A DNA stretch of 64,000 nt from an uncultured delta proteobacterium (GTDB lineage: Bacteria > Desulfobacterota > Syntrophorhabdia > Syntrophorhabdales > WCHB1-27). Each line of letters opens with the position of its first letter. The first letter of the stretch is position 1. Of the stretch, positions 18,380-28,069 are shown in pieces. Both the position numbers and the translations under genes were made by a program. The notes beneath the pieces were generated by a model that was not told the origin of the DNA, ran no database searches, and was given only the letters and a program-made list of their open reading frames with translations. The DNA lies in contig CAVSOX010000018.1 of NCBI GenBank assembly GCA_963729685.1, positions 273,944 through 337,943 on the forward strand, in the 5' to 3' direction.

Positions 18380-18805
18380 ATGGGAGTCCTTGAAAATAGA
18401 CATACCCCTCAAATTCTTATCGTCGAGGATGATGAGGAGATGCGATCACTGCTCAAGGAATTTCTCGAGGAGGAAGGATTCGAGACCGAATGCGCGCGCA
18501 ACGGCTCCGATGCGCTTCGTGAGATAGTCAAAAAGCCCTTCGACCTTATCGTGACCGATATCGAGATGCCCGGCCTGACGGGACTCGACATCCTTCCGGA
18601 GATCAAGAAACTCCGGCCGGCGGCTTCCATCATCGTGATGACCTCCTTTGCAACGGAGGAGATGTATCGCAGATCGCTGGAAAAAGGGGCCAACGGCTAT
18701 CTGGAAAAACCGATCCACATAAAGAAATTGAAAGCATTGATCTATGAGCTGCTCTCTATAAGACAAGAAACGAAGGGCGCTCGCGCCTCGCCGGAATCCG
18801 GGTAG
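18380..18805 (+). CDS. Single-domain response regulator (CheY-like receiver)
   Basis: 141 aa; QILIVEDDEEMRSLL..DLIVTDIEMPGLTGLD..IIVMTSF..GANGYLEKP. Confidence 0.9.
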   Translation: MGVLENRHTPQILIVEDDEEMRSLLKEFLEEEGFETECARNGSDALREIVKKPFDLIVTDIEMPGLTGLDILPEIKKLRPAASIIVMTSFATEEMYRRSLEKGANGYLEKPIHIKKLKALIYELLSIRQETKGARASPESG

Positions 18806-18905
18806 CCGGCTTGCGGCGGGGCAACGGCGCGGGAGGCGGCTGACGGTGTGGCGAGAGGCGAGAGGAAAGGGCAAGCAAGAAAAATAAGGCATACAAGGGG
18901 GACAT

Positions 18906-19436
18906 ATGCGTACGGGAAGAATTTTTGCGATCGGCGTTCTGAGTCTATTCCTTGGAGTTTTGGGCTGCACACAGGGACAGAAAGCGGAGGGTCCCAAGCA
19001 GGAGCAGGTCCAGAAGAACCTGGTCCCGCCAAAGGCCGAGACCGCGGGACCCAATTTTTCCGTGGTGCTGAGCGACCTCAAAGTGACCGCGACAATAGAT
19101 AGCGGTTCCAAAGAGATCGTCGAAACACCAAAGCTCAGCGGAAACATCAAGATAACCAACAAGTCGGCCGATATCCTGGATATCCAGGGGATTACCCTCG
19201 AATACCTGGACAACGCGGGGAAGCCTATCCCGTTTAGCTCCGGGGAGAAGATTTCGAAGGTCTCTTCCTACTGGAAGGCCATCAAGCCGGGAGAAGATTT
19301 CGAAGGCTCCATAGACGCCACCATCCCGAGGGCGGCGGTGAAAGAAAAGGTTCTCGGAAAGATAGAGATCAGCGCGGTCTACGTGCCTTCTCCCCTTAAA
19401 CGCGAGACGTTCACCATACCTGAAAAGGTCGAGTAG
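18906..19436 (+). CDS. Hypothetical lipoprotein
   Basis: 176 aa; MRTGRIFAIGVLSLFLGVLGC (lipobox L-G-C). Confidence 0.7.
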   Translation: MRTGRIFAIGVLSLFLGVLGCTQGQKAEGPKQEQVQKNLVPPKAETAGPNFSVVLSDLKVTATIDSGSKEIVETPKLSGNIKITNKSADILDIQGITLEYLDNAGKPIPFSSGEKISKVSSYWKAIKPGEDFEGSIDATIPRAAVKEKVLGKIEISAVYVPSPLKRETFTIPEKVE

Positions 19437-19441
19437 TCCGG

Positions 19442-19525
19442 GAAGAGTGAAAGGCAGTGACGAGTGACGAATTCAACGCAATAGGTTTCTTTTTCACTCG
19501 GCACTCGGCACTCGTCACTCGTCAC
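19442..19525. repeat. Heptamer-mosaic intergenic repeat, locus A
   Basis: Left arm ..GTGACGAGTGACGA; AT-rich centre ..GCAATAGGTTTCTTTTT; right arm CACTCGG CACTCGG CACTCGT CACTCGT CAC (complement of GTGMCGA units). Confidence 0.85.
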
Positions 19526-19551
19526 TTGAGGCGGGGGTCGGAGGCGAGGCG

Positions 19552-20469
19552 GTGAACATCTTTTTACCTATCGCGCAGATGAGTCTCAGCATCCCGGTGA
19601 TAATCGCCGTCGGCGGGGTGGTAGGGCTGCTGTCCGGGCTGTTTGGCGTCGGCGGCGGCTTTCTGCTCACGCCGCTCTTGATGTTCCTGGGCATATCGCC
19701 CGCGGTGGCGGCGGCGTCCGGCTCCGCGGGGATCGTCGCCGGATCGGCGACCGGAACGCTGGAGCATTCGCGGGGCAGCACGGTGGACTACAAGATGGGC
19801 TTCTGGCTCTTTGTAGGCGGCTCCGTGGGGAGCGTCTCGGGCGTCGAGATCATCCACTGGCTCAACCGTTTCGGTCCTGCCAACTATGTCATCCGGGTCC
19901 TCTACCTGGTCATGCTCGGCGCCATAGGGAGCATCATGCTGATCGACTCGGCCCGGACGTGGCGAAGCGGCGCCTATATGTCGGAGCGGAGGTTCGAGCC
20001 CGTCCGCACCCGCAGATGGGTTGACTCTCTGCCCTTCCAGGTGCACTTCCCGACGTCGGATATCAAGGTCTCCTTCCTGCTCCCTGCCGCCTTCGGCGCT
20101 CTGGCCGGCGTCCTTGCGGCGATGATGGGTGTGGGCGGCGGCTTTATCATGATCCCGCTCATGCTCTATGTGCTGCGCATGCGGATCCACGTTGCGGCGG
20201 GAACGAGCCTGTTCCAGATACTCTGTACGTGCATGCTCGTCACCGTGCTCCAGTGCGGGCAAAACCATACGGTGGACTTCGTGCTCGCCTTCCTGCTCGC
20301 CATGGGCTCGATGGCCGGGGCGGTGGTCGGGGCGAGACTGGGGCGGCGCCTGCGGGCGGATCAGCTCAAGGTCCTGCTCGCTATTATCATCCTCGTGGTG
20401 GCCTGCCAGGTAGGCATCGATCTCTTCAAGACGCCCACGACCTTCCTTTCCCACGTGGCGGGAGAATGA
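19552..20469 (+). CDS. TSUP-family (TauE/SafE) membrane permease
   Basis: 305 aa; MNIFLPIAQMSLSIPVIIAVGGVVGLLSGLFGVGGGFLLTPLL.. and second repeat MGVGGGFIMIPLMLYV. Its stop overlaps the next start (ATGA at 20466-20469). Confidence 0.9.
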   Translation: MNIFLPIAQMSLSIPVIIAVGGVVGLLSGLFGVGGGFLLTPLLMFLGISPAVAAASGSAGIVAGSATGTLEHSRGSTVDYKMGFWLFVGGSVGSVSGVEIIHWLNRFGPANYVIRVLYLVMLGAIGSIMLIDSARTWRSGAYMSERRFEPVRTRRWVDSLPFQVHFPTSDIKVSFLLPAAFGALAGVLAAMMGVGGGFIMIPLMLYVLRMRIHVAAGTSLFQILCTCMLVTVLQCGQNHTVDFVLAFLLAMGSMAGAVVGARLGRRLRADQLKVLLAIIILVVACQVGIDLFKTPTTFLSHVAGE

Positions 20470-23400
20470 GGCGCATGATGTCCCGGCGAAGCGGCAGCCG
20501 CGTGCTCGGAGTCGCAAGCCTCGCGCTGGCGCTCGGGGCTCGTGTCGCCCGTGTGCGCCGGCACGTTCTCCTCCGTGGACCCTGCCTCCGTGTCGGCGGG
20601 GACATTCTATAGCGGCGCCACCCTTCACGTTCGCGGAAGCATAGGCGCCGGGTCCCAGGTCGTGATCCGGATAAAGGGGGCGTCGGAGCACCATGTGTTC
20701 AACCGCCGCGGTAAGATCGGCGGCTTCATGTGGGGGGGGATCGAACACGTGACCTTCCGGCATGCACCGACCTTTTACGGTGTATACACCTCCTCGGACC
20801 TCGCGGCGACGGCCCCTCCGGCCGTGCGCAGCCAACTCCAGCTTGGCTACGAGCCGCTCGAGACACAGATGGACGTCGAGGGAACGAAGGCGGACAAGCA
20901 CCTGATGATTACCTATTTCGTGCAGTTCAAGGAGACCGAGGGCCTGTACCGCATCGCGCCGGGAGCGGTGCGCCTTACCGACCCGCGGCGCGGGCGGCGC
21001 GGGTTCGATGTCGCGGTGCCGCTCTCCGCGAACACGCCCCCGGGAGACCTTGAGGTGGCCGTCTTCGAGCTCGCCGGGGGCGCCGTTGTCCACAATGAGA
21101 CAACGACGGTGCGGCTCCTGAGGGTCGGCCTGCCGGCTTACCTCTTTCGCGTGACCCACGAGGACGGCGTGCTCTTCGGTCTGGTCGCGCTCTTCATCTT
21201 AGTGACGAGCGGGCTCGTGATAGACTTCATCGTGTGCAGGGGGGACCCGGCTAAGCGCGGCCCAGCCCTGGAGGCCCTTGTCGACCTGCACCGGTTGATC
21301 GCCGAGGGCCTGTTCGGCGTGCGCAAGAGGACCAGATCCTCCGAAACTATTGCGAATCTGCACGGGAAGTACGAGCATTTCCGCGCCCTCCTCGCCCTCA
21401 ACAACGAGCTTCTCGAGCTCCTGGCAGAGCTGGAGGAGGAGTCTTCGTGGTCTACGCTGCGCCATCCGAGGGTGCGCATGGGGATCCGCGCCCTTTTCGA
21501 CGGGACCGAGGATATGGTCCAGGTGCTGAACCGGCTCACCGGGAATCGCTACTTCGATCTCACGAACGTCGTCGCCGGCGTGCGGTCGAGTGTCCTGACC
21601 TACCTCGCGAAGGTGTCCGAGCAGAAAGACCCTTGCCTGACCCTGCAAATGGAGGAGATCAACTCCAGGACCGCGGGCCAGGCGGGCGGCAAAGCCGTCA
21701 ACCTGGCCCGCATCGAGGAAGACCTCGGAATGCGCGTACCCAGGTCCTTCGTGGTCACGACCGAGGCCTACCGGGAGTTCATGGAAGTCGACGGGCTCGC
21801 GAGTAAGGTGCGGAGCGTCCTTGCGCCCGCACGCCTGGACGCGCCTGAGGATTTTCGGCGACGCTGCGAGCTGGCGCAGGACCTGGTTCGGGAGACCCGC
21901 GTGCCGCCGGCCGTGGTGGAGGCCATCTGCCTCGCGTACCGCTCCTCGTCCATTCCTCTCGCGGAAGGGGTCGCGGTGAGGTCCAGCGCGGCCGGGGAGG
22001 ACAGCCAATTGTCATTTGCCGGCCAGTTCGAGACGGTCCTCAACGTGAACGAATCGGACGTGGCGGAGGCATGGAAGCGGGTGGTCGTCAGCCGGTTTTC
22101 TCCCGGGGCCGTTTTTTACCGGCGGGCCGCGGGCCTGGCAGAAGTGGACACACCCATGGCAGTGCTCGTGCAGCGTATGGTGACCGCCCGGGCATCGGGC
22201 GTGCTCTTCACGCGCCGGCCCGAGGACCCGAAGGCGGCCGAGCTTCTCATCACCGCTGTCCGGGGGCTGGGCGCCCAGGCGTCGGCCGGCATCGCCATTG
22301 CCGACGAGTTTGTCGTGTCGCGAAGCCGTCCGTGGCGCATCCTGGACAGGCGCATCGCTCACAAGTTGGTGCGGCTCGCCGGCAAGGCGGGCGGCGGCCT
22401 TGCCCTGGTCCCGGAAGCCGCCGGGGAGCAGGATGCGGCGGCTATCACCGACGACGCGATCCTACGGCTCGTGGAGGCAGCCGTTGCCATTGAGCGCTAT
22501 TTCGGCCGTAGCCAGGACATCGAGTGGGCCATCGACCCCGAAGGAGAGATCTTCATTCTGCAAGCCCGGCCGCTCCGGGTCGAAAAGCCGGAGACGGCGC
22601 GCGGGGACCTGCCGCGTGATGTGGCGCCGCTCCTGCATGGGGGCGATCCGGTCTGGCTCGGGCGAGCAGTTGGTCCCGTCCACGTAGCGAGAAACGCGGA
22701 GGAAGAGAACCGCACCCCCCACGGCGCGCTGCTGGTGGTCCCCCAGCTCCTGCCCGATTGCGTACGGCTCCTGCCGAGGGTCTGTGGCGTGCTGGTGGAG
22801 CGGGGGACGGTGACGGGCCACGCGGCCTCCATCCTGCGGGAGTTCCGGGTGCCGAGTCTCTTCGGTGTTGCGGGCGCGGTCGCTACATTGACGTCCGGTC
22901 AGGTAGTGAGCCTCGACGTCGCGAGCCGCAGTGTCTTCGAGGGGGTCCTCTGGCCGAAGCTGCGGGGCCACCTTCCCATCACGCTCCTCGGCCGGCGCAC
23001 TACGGGTCTCCCGGACGTGCTGGCCGGCAAGCTCACGAAACTGAGCGGGAGCAGCTTCATGGGCACCTGGGCGTGCCAGTCCCTGCACGACGTCATCCGT
23101 TTTGCCCACGAGATGGCTATTCAATCGATGTTCGAGATAGGAGACCGGCTTCTCGACTCGCCCATCGGCGGGGTCAAGCAGCTCGATTCCCCTTCGCTGA
23201 TACAGATGTATCTCGTGGACCTCGGGGGTGGGCTCCTTCCGGAGGCAGGGTCCGGGCGGTCCGTGAAACCCGAGGATATCGCCTCGGTCCCCCTGAAGGG
23301 ACTCTGGCGGGGCCTGAGTGACCCGGAGTTCGACCGGGAACAGGATATCACGCTTCGATCGTTCGGGTCCGCAATCGGCAGGGGTCTGACAGCGGCGGGA

Positions 23401-23883
23401 CCGCGAGAGATGGGGGCGCCCAATTATGCGTGCGTCACGGAGAGCTACCTCAACCTGAACTCCCGGCAGGCATACCACTTCACGATCGTCGACGCCTTCC
23501 TTTCCGACAACCAGAATAACAATCACCTCAGCCTCCGCATGAAAGGCGGCGGCGGCGCCCTCTGGCAGCGCAACCTCCGGGCGGAATTCGTCGCTGAGGT
23601 GCTGCGCATGCACCACTTTACCGTGAACGTCGCGGGCGATCTGGTGAACGGCTGGGTTCGTGGGCTCGACCTGACGACGGGCGTCGAAAAGCTCACGACA
23701 ATCGGCCACCTGCTCCGTTTCTCGGCGCTCCTCGACATATCCATCACGAGCGAAGCCCACATGAAAAGCTACGTTGCCGCTTTTGTCGAGGCTGAAAGAC
23801 GGCGCCTGGCCGGGGATAGCGAGCCCGGGCAGCGCGTAGCAACAGTCTCAAAAATGGTGTCGACAACCGATCACCCCGTTTGA
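20466..23883 (+). CDS. Fusion protein: TIGR02186 (Alph_Pro_TM)-like exported domain + TM helix + PEP-utilising enzyme (PPDK_N ATP-grasp and phosphohistidine swivel) + uncharacterised C-terminal domain. Apparent 1-nt frameshift in the signal-peptide region (GGGG at 20535-20538)
   Basis: ATG 20466 gives MRRMMSRRSGSRVLGVASLALALG, then a frame change into the track ORF 20542..23883: ..VVIRIKGASEHHVFNRRGKIGGFMWGG.. and ..LSANTPPGDLEVAVFEL.. (TIGR02186-like). TM helix GLVALFILVTSGLVIDFIV. GGKAVNLARIEE..DIEWAIDPEGEIFILQARPL (PPDK_N). ERGTVTGHAASILREFRVPS (mobile His domain). Confidence 0.8.
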
Positions 23884-23953
23884 GACCGTTATTAACACAG
23901 ACTTCAGGCTTACGGGACTGCCAACTTAATAAAGGATCGGGTATAATCAATCC

Positions 23954-24683
23954 ATGAGGATGATGGCGCCCATAGTAGTTTTCCTCCTGTCCCTCGTCTT
24001 CGTCCTGCCGTGCCGTGCCCAGGAGAGGCAGGTGCTGTTCCGGGAAGCGTTCACGGGCCTGGAAAACTGGCGTCCCCTCTTCTTTCCCAAGGTGCATAAG
24101 CACACGACTTACGCCATCGATGGGAAAGACGGGGAGCGCTGCCTGAAGGCCGAAAGCGACGGGTCGGCGTCCGCCCTTGTCTATAAGGGGGAATTCAACG
24201 CCTATGGGTTTCCCTGGGTGAGGTGGCGCTGGAAGGTGGAGAACGTCTACCGAAAGGGCGACCCGGAAAAGAGGTCCGGCGACGATTACCCTCTCGCGCG
24301 TCCAGATCGTCTTCAAGTACGATCCTGAAAAGGCGGGGAGGCTCAAGAGGATGGAATGGGGTCTCGCGAGGCGGATATACGGAGAGTATCCGCCTGAAAG
24401 CACCTTGAGCTACGTCTGGGCAAGCCGGGATGACCAAAGAACGATGATGGCAAGCCCTTTTTCGACCAGCGTCAGGCTGATTGCCCTTGAAAAGGGCGGC
24501 AGGAAGTGCGGTGCCTGGCAGGAGGAAGAGGTCAATATCGTGAATGACTACAAAGCGGCCTTCGGGTCGGACCCTCCGGCCATAGCGTCCATAGTCATCA
24601 TGAACGATTCCGACGACACGGGAGAAAGGTGCGTGTCGTACGTGAAGTTTATCGAGGTTTTCGGCACGCACCCGCCGAAGTGA
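23954..24683 (+). CDS. DUF3047-family secreted protein, split by an apparent frameshift near 24296-24301
   Basis: 23954..24328 holds the signal peptide, ..FPWVRWRWKVENV..SGDDYPLA. 24351..24683 extended upstream reads VQIVFKYDPEKAG..LSYVWAS..DYKAAFGSDPPAIASIVIMNDSDDTGE. The junction lies in a CGCGCG run. Confidence 0.75.
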
Positions 24684-24712
24684 GGTAAAGTCCTATCCGG
24701 CTTGGCGCCCTT

Positions 24713-24865
24713 TCAATATCCCAGCCGATGCAGCGCCGGCACAACCGCGGCGGCGAACAGACAGTAGCAGCCGAAATAATGCCATTTCCCCCGGTCGAGC
24801 CAGCGAGTCAGCCATCGCAGCGCCAGAAGCCCCGCGAGGAAGCTTAAACCCAGGCCGCGGCCCAT
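24713..24865 (-). pseudogene. Possible C-terminal fragment of undecaprenyl-diphosphatase (UppP/BacA)-like gene
   Basis: MGRGLGLSFLAGLLALRWLTRWLDRGKWHYFGCYCLFAAAVV.. resembles the last ~45 aa of UppP (F..G.LA.R.L.R.L.R....F..YR). No upstream body is present. Confidence 0.3.
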
Positions 24866-24872
24866 GACCTGG

Positions 24873-25358
24873 CTACGGGCGCCGGAGGCTCCGCAACCGG
24901 GGGATAAACCGTCCCGTCCGTTCGGCGTATGCACGGTATTGCTCGTGAAAACGCTCCGACATCATGTGCTCCTCGCGGACGACGAGCCGGCCCCACACCG
25001 GATGCAGCGACACGGCCCAAAGGAGAAGGACCCAGGAATTGAGGTAGATCGCAACGCCGGGGCACAGGAAAGTGATCCAGGCGGCATACATCGGATGGCG
25101 AAACCATCTGAACGGACCGGTTGTGCATAGTTGGTCTTTCACCCACCAGTTCCGGAGGGCGTAGGCCGTCCAAAAATAGAGGACCAATCCGGCGCAGGCC
25201 GAGAGGGCGCCCAAACCTTCCATCAGCGACGGGTACTTCAGTATCTCCGGATGACCCAGGCCGCGGTCTGCCGAAACAGCCGCTGCCAGGAGGATGAGGC
25301 TGATGCCCAGGCCGATCGGGCCGACGCCGAAAAGCTTTTGCAGCGCACTCCGGTCCAT
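24873..25358 (-). CDS. Isoprenylcysteine carboxyl methyltransferase (ICMT/PEMT) family membrane protein
   Basis: ATG 25358: MDRSALQKLFGVGPIGLG..; TTGPFRWFRHPMYAAWI; EEHMMSERFHEQYRAYAERTGRFIP. The ORF-track start 25583 translates repeat DNA. Confidence 0.8.
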   Translation of the reverse strand: MDRSALQKLFGVGPIGLGISLILLAAAVSADRGLGHPEILKYPSLMEGLGALSACAGLVLYFWTAYALRNWWVKDQLCTTGPFRWFRHPMYAAWITFLCPGVAIYLNSWVLLLWAVSLHPVWGRLVVREEHMMSERFHEQYRAYAERTGRFIPRLRSLRRP

Positions 25359-25484
25359 GCACACCTTCTGTGGAAGCCCGGAGGCGCTCGGCTTGAGCCT
25401 GTCAAAGGGAGAGAATTCTGCGCATTGCCGCCGGAAATCCCGATAATTGTAGCACGGATCACACGGGAAGACTACAGAAGAACA

Positions 25485-25554
25485 GAAGGGAGAGGGGAGA
25501 GAGGAGCAGCGACGAGTGCCGAGTGCCGAGTGAAGAGAGGGGAGGGGGGAGGGG
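25485..25554. repeat. Heptamer-mosaic intergenic repeat, locus B (single arm)
   Basis: GA-rich GAAGGGAGAGGGGAGAGAGG, then GCGACGA GTGCCGA GTGCCGA GTGAAGA, then GAGGGGAGGGGGGAGGGG. Confidence 0.75.
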
Positions 25555-25687
25555 CCGTCGAGATATATGGGCTTCAAGTGCATATATTACTAAATGCGCG
25601 AACAATAAGCGAAGGCGGACAGACGTGAGATCGACCGGTTTGGTTGGACAGACCGGAGAAATCAAAAAAACATGGAAGGGGGAGCCT

Positions 25688-26131
25688 ATGAAGACAGAGG
25701 GAAAAGTGAAAGCGCTTCAGGCCGAGATCGTGGATGCGATGAAAAAGTGGCAGAAGGTGGAAGATGCTTCTCTTGCCTCTACGGGGCGCATCATCGAGAA
25801 GACGACAAACCCGATCATACGGCTGACCATGGAGGTTATCCAGCGGGATTCGCAGATGCACTACAATGTGGAGAAATGGGTTGCAGAGAGCCTTCAGGAT
25901 GCCACCATCTCGCTGACCCCCGAAGAGCTGAACGCCGTATGGACGATGATCGAGCACCACATAGAGCTGGAGCACAAAATGATCGATGCCGTGGAAAAGC
26001 TGCTCCCGTCGCTTAAAGGGAAGCGCATGGTGGTGCAGGAGTATCTGCTCAACTATCTGCTCGAAGACGAAACCAAGCACGCGAACCTGTTGAAGCGCCT
26101 GGAAGGCATCAAGAGGGGGATGCTGCCGTGA
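25688..26131 (+). CDS. Ferritin-like four-helix-bundle protein (hypothetical)
   Basis: AAGGGGGA SD then ATG 25688; 147 aa with ExxH-type pairs (ELEH, DETKH, QRDSQMH). Confidence 0.6.
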   Translation: MKTEGKVKALQAEIVDAMKKWQKVEDASLASTGRIIEKTTNPIIRLTMEVIQRDSQMHYNVEKWVAESLQDATISLTPEELNAVWTMIEHHIELEHKMIDAVEKLLPSLKGKRMVVQEYLLNYLLEDETKHANLLKRLEGIKRGMLP

Positions 26132-26232
26132 AATTGCGCCGGAAGCCGCATTTCCGGCAAAAGTCTGGAATCCTGGGAGAAAGCGTATTATCATGTTGTC
26201 GGTTTATAAGAGGGGAGGGCAAAAAAAGACGC

Positions 26233-27204
26233 ATGGGTGGCGCATCCCATAAACCGACGCGGATCGCCCAGGAAGTTCTCCAGGGCAATGAAAGAAGCGC
26301 CGCGCGGCTTATCTCACTCATAGAGCAGGAGGACCCGGAGGGGTACAGGGCCCTGTCGGACCTGTGGCCTCCAGGCCGGTGCGCCCACGTCGTGGGGATC
26401 ACGGGCGCCGCGGGCTCGGGCAAGAGCACCCTCATCAATGCGCTCACCCGGCGTTTGCTCAAAGAAGGGAAGAAGGTCGGCATCGTCGCGATCGACCCGA
26501 GCTGTGCCATAGGCGAGGGGTCTCTGCTCGGAGACCGTCTCAGGATGAAGGACGCGGAAAAATCGGAGGGCGTCTTCATTCGGTCCATGGCCCAGCGCAA
26601 ATACCCGGGCGGTGTCTGCAGGGCCGCGACGGGCGCCGTCTGCGTGCTGGAAAGCATGGGAAAAGATTTTGTGATGATCGAGAGCATCGGGGCCGGTCAA
26701 TCGGACAAAGAGCTTTTTTACCTGGCTGATACCATCATCACCATGTTTACCCCGGAATTCGGCGACGAGATCCAGCTTATGAAGGCAGGGCTCCTCGAAA
26801 TCGGGGACATAATAGTGGTGAACAAGAGCGACAAGCCGGGGGCGGACGACGTGAAGCGCGCGATAGAGGCGTACCTGCCGGAGACAAAGGAGAAGGGGTG
26901 GAAGGCGCCGGTGTTGGTGCTGCGGGCCGACAGGGGCGCAGGGCTGGACGAGCTTGCCCGCGCTCTCGCCGGCCATGCGGAGTTCTATCGAAGCGAGAAA
27001 GCGGCCAAAAGGGGCGAGAAGTACGCCCATTTTACCATGACCCTCCTGAAAGAAGAGGTCTGGAAGCGTTTTTCGGAGCAGTCTTCGCGCACATCTTTGG
27101 CGCATGTCCTCGAAAAAGTGAGGCGCGGCGGGCTCGATCCCTATAGTGCCGTGGGGCAAATAGGGGCGGAGTTCGAGGCCATCATGAAGGGCAGTGACGA
27201 GTGA
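26233..27204 (+). CDS. meaB: MeaB/ArgK-family G3E GTPase (methylmalonyl-CoA mutase-associated)
   Basis: RLISLIE.., P-loop GITGAAGSGKSTLINAL, ESIGAGQSD, VVNKSD; likely start ATG 26233 (MGGASHKPTRIAQEVL). Confidence 0.88.
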   Translation: MGGASHKPTRIAQEVLQGNERSAARLISLIEQEDPEGYRALSDLWPPGRCAHVVGITGAAGSGKSTLINALTRRLLKEGKKVGIVAIDPSCAIGEGSLLGDRLRMKDAEKSEGVFIRSMAQRKYPGGVCRAATGAVCVLESMGKDFVMIESIGAGQSDKELFYLADTIITMFTPEFGDEIQLMKAGLLEIGDIIVVNKSDKPGADDVKRAIEAYLPETKEKGWKAPVLVLRADRGAGLDELARALAGHAEFYRSEKAAKRGEKYAHFTMTLLKEEVWKRFSEQSSRTSLAHVLEKVRRGGLDPYSAVGQIGAEFEAIMKGSDE

Positions 27205-27280
27205 AGAGGGGAGAAAAGAAAGTGACGAGTGTCGAGTGCCGAGTCAAAAAAAGCGCCGCTCTTCACTCGTCACTCGTCAC
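27192..27280. repeat. Heptamer-mosaic intergenic repeat, locus C
   Basis: Begins in the last codons of meaB: CA GTGACGA GTGAAGA GGGGAGAAAAGAAA GTGACGA GTGTCGA GTGCCGA GT ... CTCTTCACTCGTCACTCGTCAC. Confidence 0.85.
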
Positions 27281-27294
27281 TATATTCTCTGAGG

Positions 27295-28062
27295 ATGGCC
27301 CTCGAAAAGCGCGTCCCTCGTTACCTGCCGCCCCTGTTCCGGATTATCGCCGGCCTCGCGCTGGCGGCTGTCCTGGTCTGCATTTTATACTGGTACTATG
27401 AGGGGGAGTGGAGGGGGCTTTTTTTCCGCTTCAAGTATTTCTACAGCTTCAAGCGGCTGAGGGACTTTATCCTTTCCTTCGGGGCCTACTCGGCGGTCGT
27501 CTTTGTGCTCCTCCAGGCCCTTCAGGTGATTTTTGCCCCCATACCCGGCGAGATAACGGGTTTTGTCGGCGGCTATCTCTACGGGAAGTTCGCGGGCACC
27601 ACACTCTCCACCATCGGCCTGGTTGCCGGGTCTGTTTTTGCCTTCGAGATCACCAGGTTTTTCGGGGTGCGTCTGGTGAGCAAGATGGTGAAGCAGGAAG
27701 TCATGGGGCGTTTCGACGAGTTCGTGACGCACCGCGGTCTGCGCATCGCCTTTCTCCTGTTCCTCATACCGGGCTTTCCGAAAGATTCACTCTGCTATCT
27801 CCTCGGTTTGACCCACGTGAGCCGCCTCGATTTTCTCCTCATGAACGTCTTCGGGAGGCTGCCCGGCACGCTCATTCTTGTCATGGAAGGTGATGCGGTA
27901 AGGACGGGCAGGTACCATGCCTTCTTTGAGATCTTTGCGGGAAGCGTGGCCCTGACGCTGATTCTTTACGTCTTCAGGTTCTCCGTGATACGCTCCTTGA
28001 GCCGGATGGTCGAAGAGGTCTCAAAGGCACGTCGCCGGGGACGCGGCAAAGGACAGCCCTGA
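27295..28062 (+). CDS. DedA/TVP38-TMEM64 (SNARE-associated) family membrane protein
   Basis: ATG 27295 (MALEKRVPRYL..); LLQALQVIFAPIPGEITGFVGGYLYG; FLLFLIPGFPKDSLCYLLGLT. Confidence 0.85.
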   Translation: MALEKRVPRYLPPLFRIIAGLALAAVLVCILYWYYEGEWRGLFFRFKYFYSFKRLRDFILSFGAYSAVVFVLLQALQVIFAPIPGEITGFVGGYLYGKFAGTTLSTIGLVAGSVFAFEITRFFGVRLVSKMVKQEVMGRFDEFVTHRGLRIAFLLFLIPGFPKDSLCYLLGLTHVSRLDFLLMNVFGRLPGTLILVMEGDAVRTGRYHAFFEIFAGSVALTLILYVFRFSVIRSLSRMVEEVSKARRRGRGKGQP

Positions 28063-28069
28063 CCACGCG

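Noticed and set aside
19564-21159. 531-aa minus-strand ORF, one of the longest in the track
   Set aside because: It is antisense to the TSUP and fusion genes. Its Arg/His/Gly/Pro-rich, low-complexity composition with no motifs is typical of an open antisense frame in high-GC DNA.
21199-23760. Minus-strand ORFs 21199..22008 (269 aa) and 22462..23760 (432 aa)
   Set aside because: They are antisense to the PPDK_N and swivel domains of the fusion gene, with Arg/Pro/Gly-rich composition and no motifs.
27229-27294. Upstream ORF-track starts that extend real genes through repeat DNA: 27229 for DedA, 41308 for the nitroreductase, 25583 for ICMT, and the free-standing ORF at 37429
   Set aside because: The extensions translate the heptamer repeats (for example SSAESKKAPLFTRHSSLYS and SYKSYLTYKTY). 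Good SD-ATG pairs exist at the conserved N-termini downstream.
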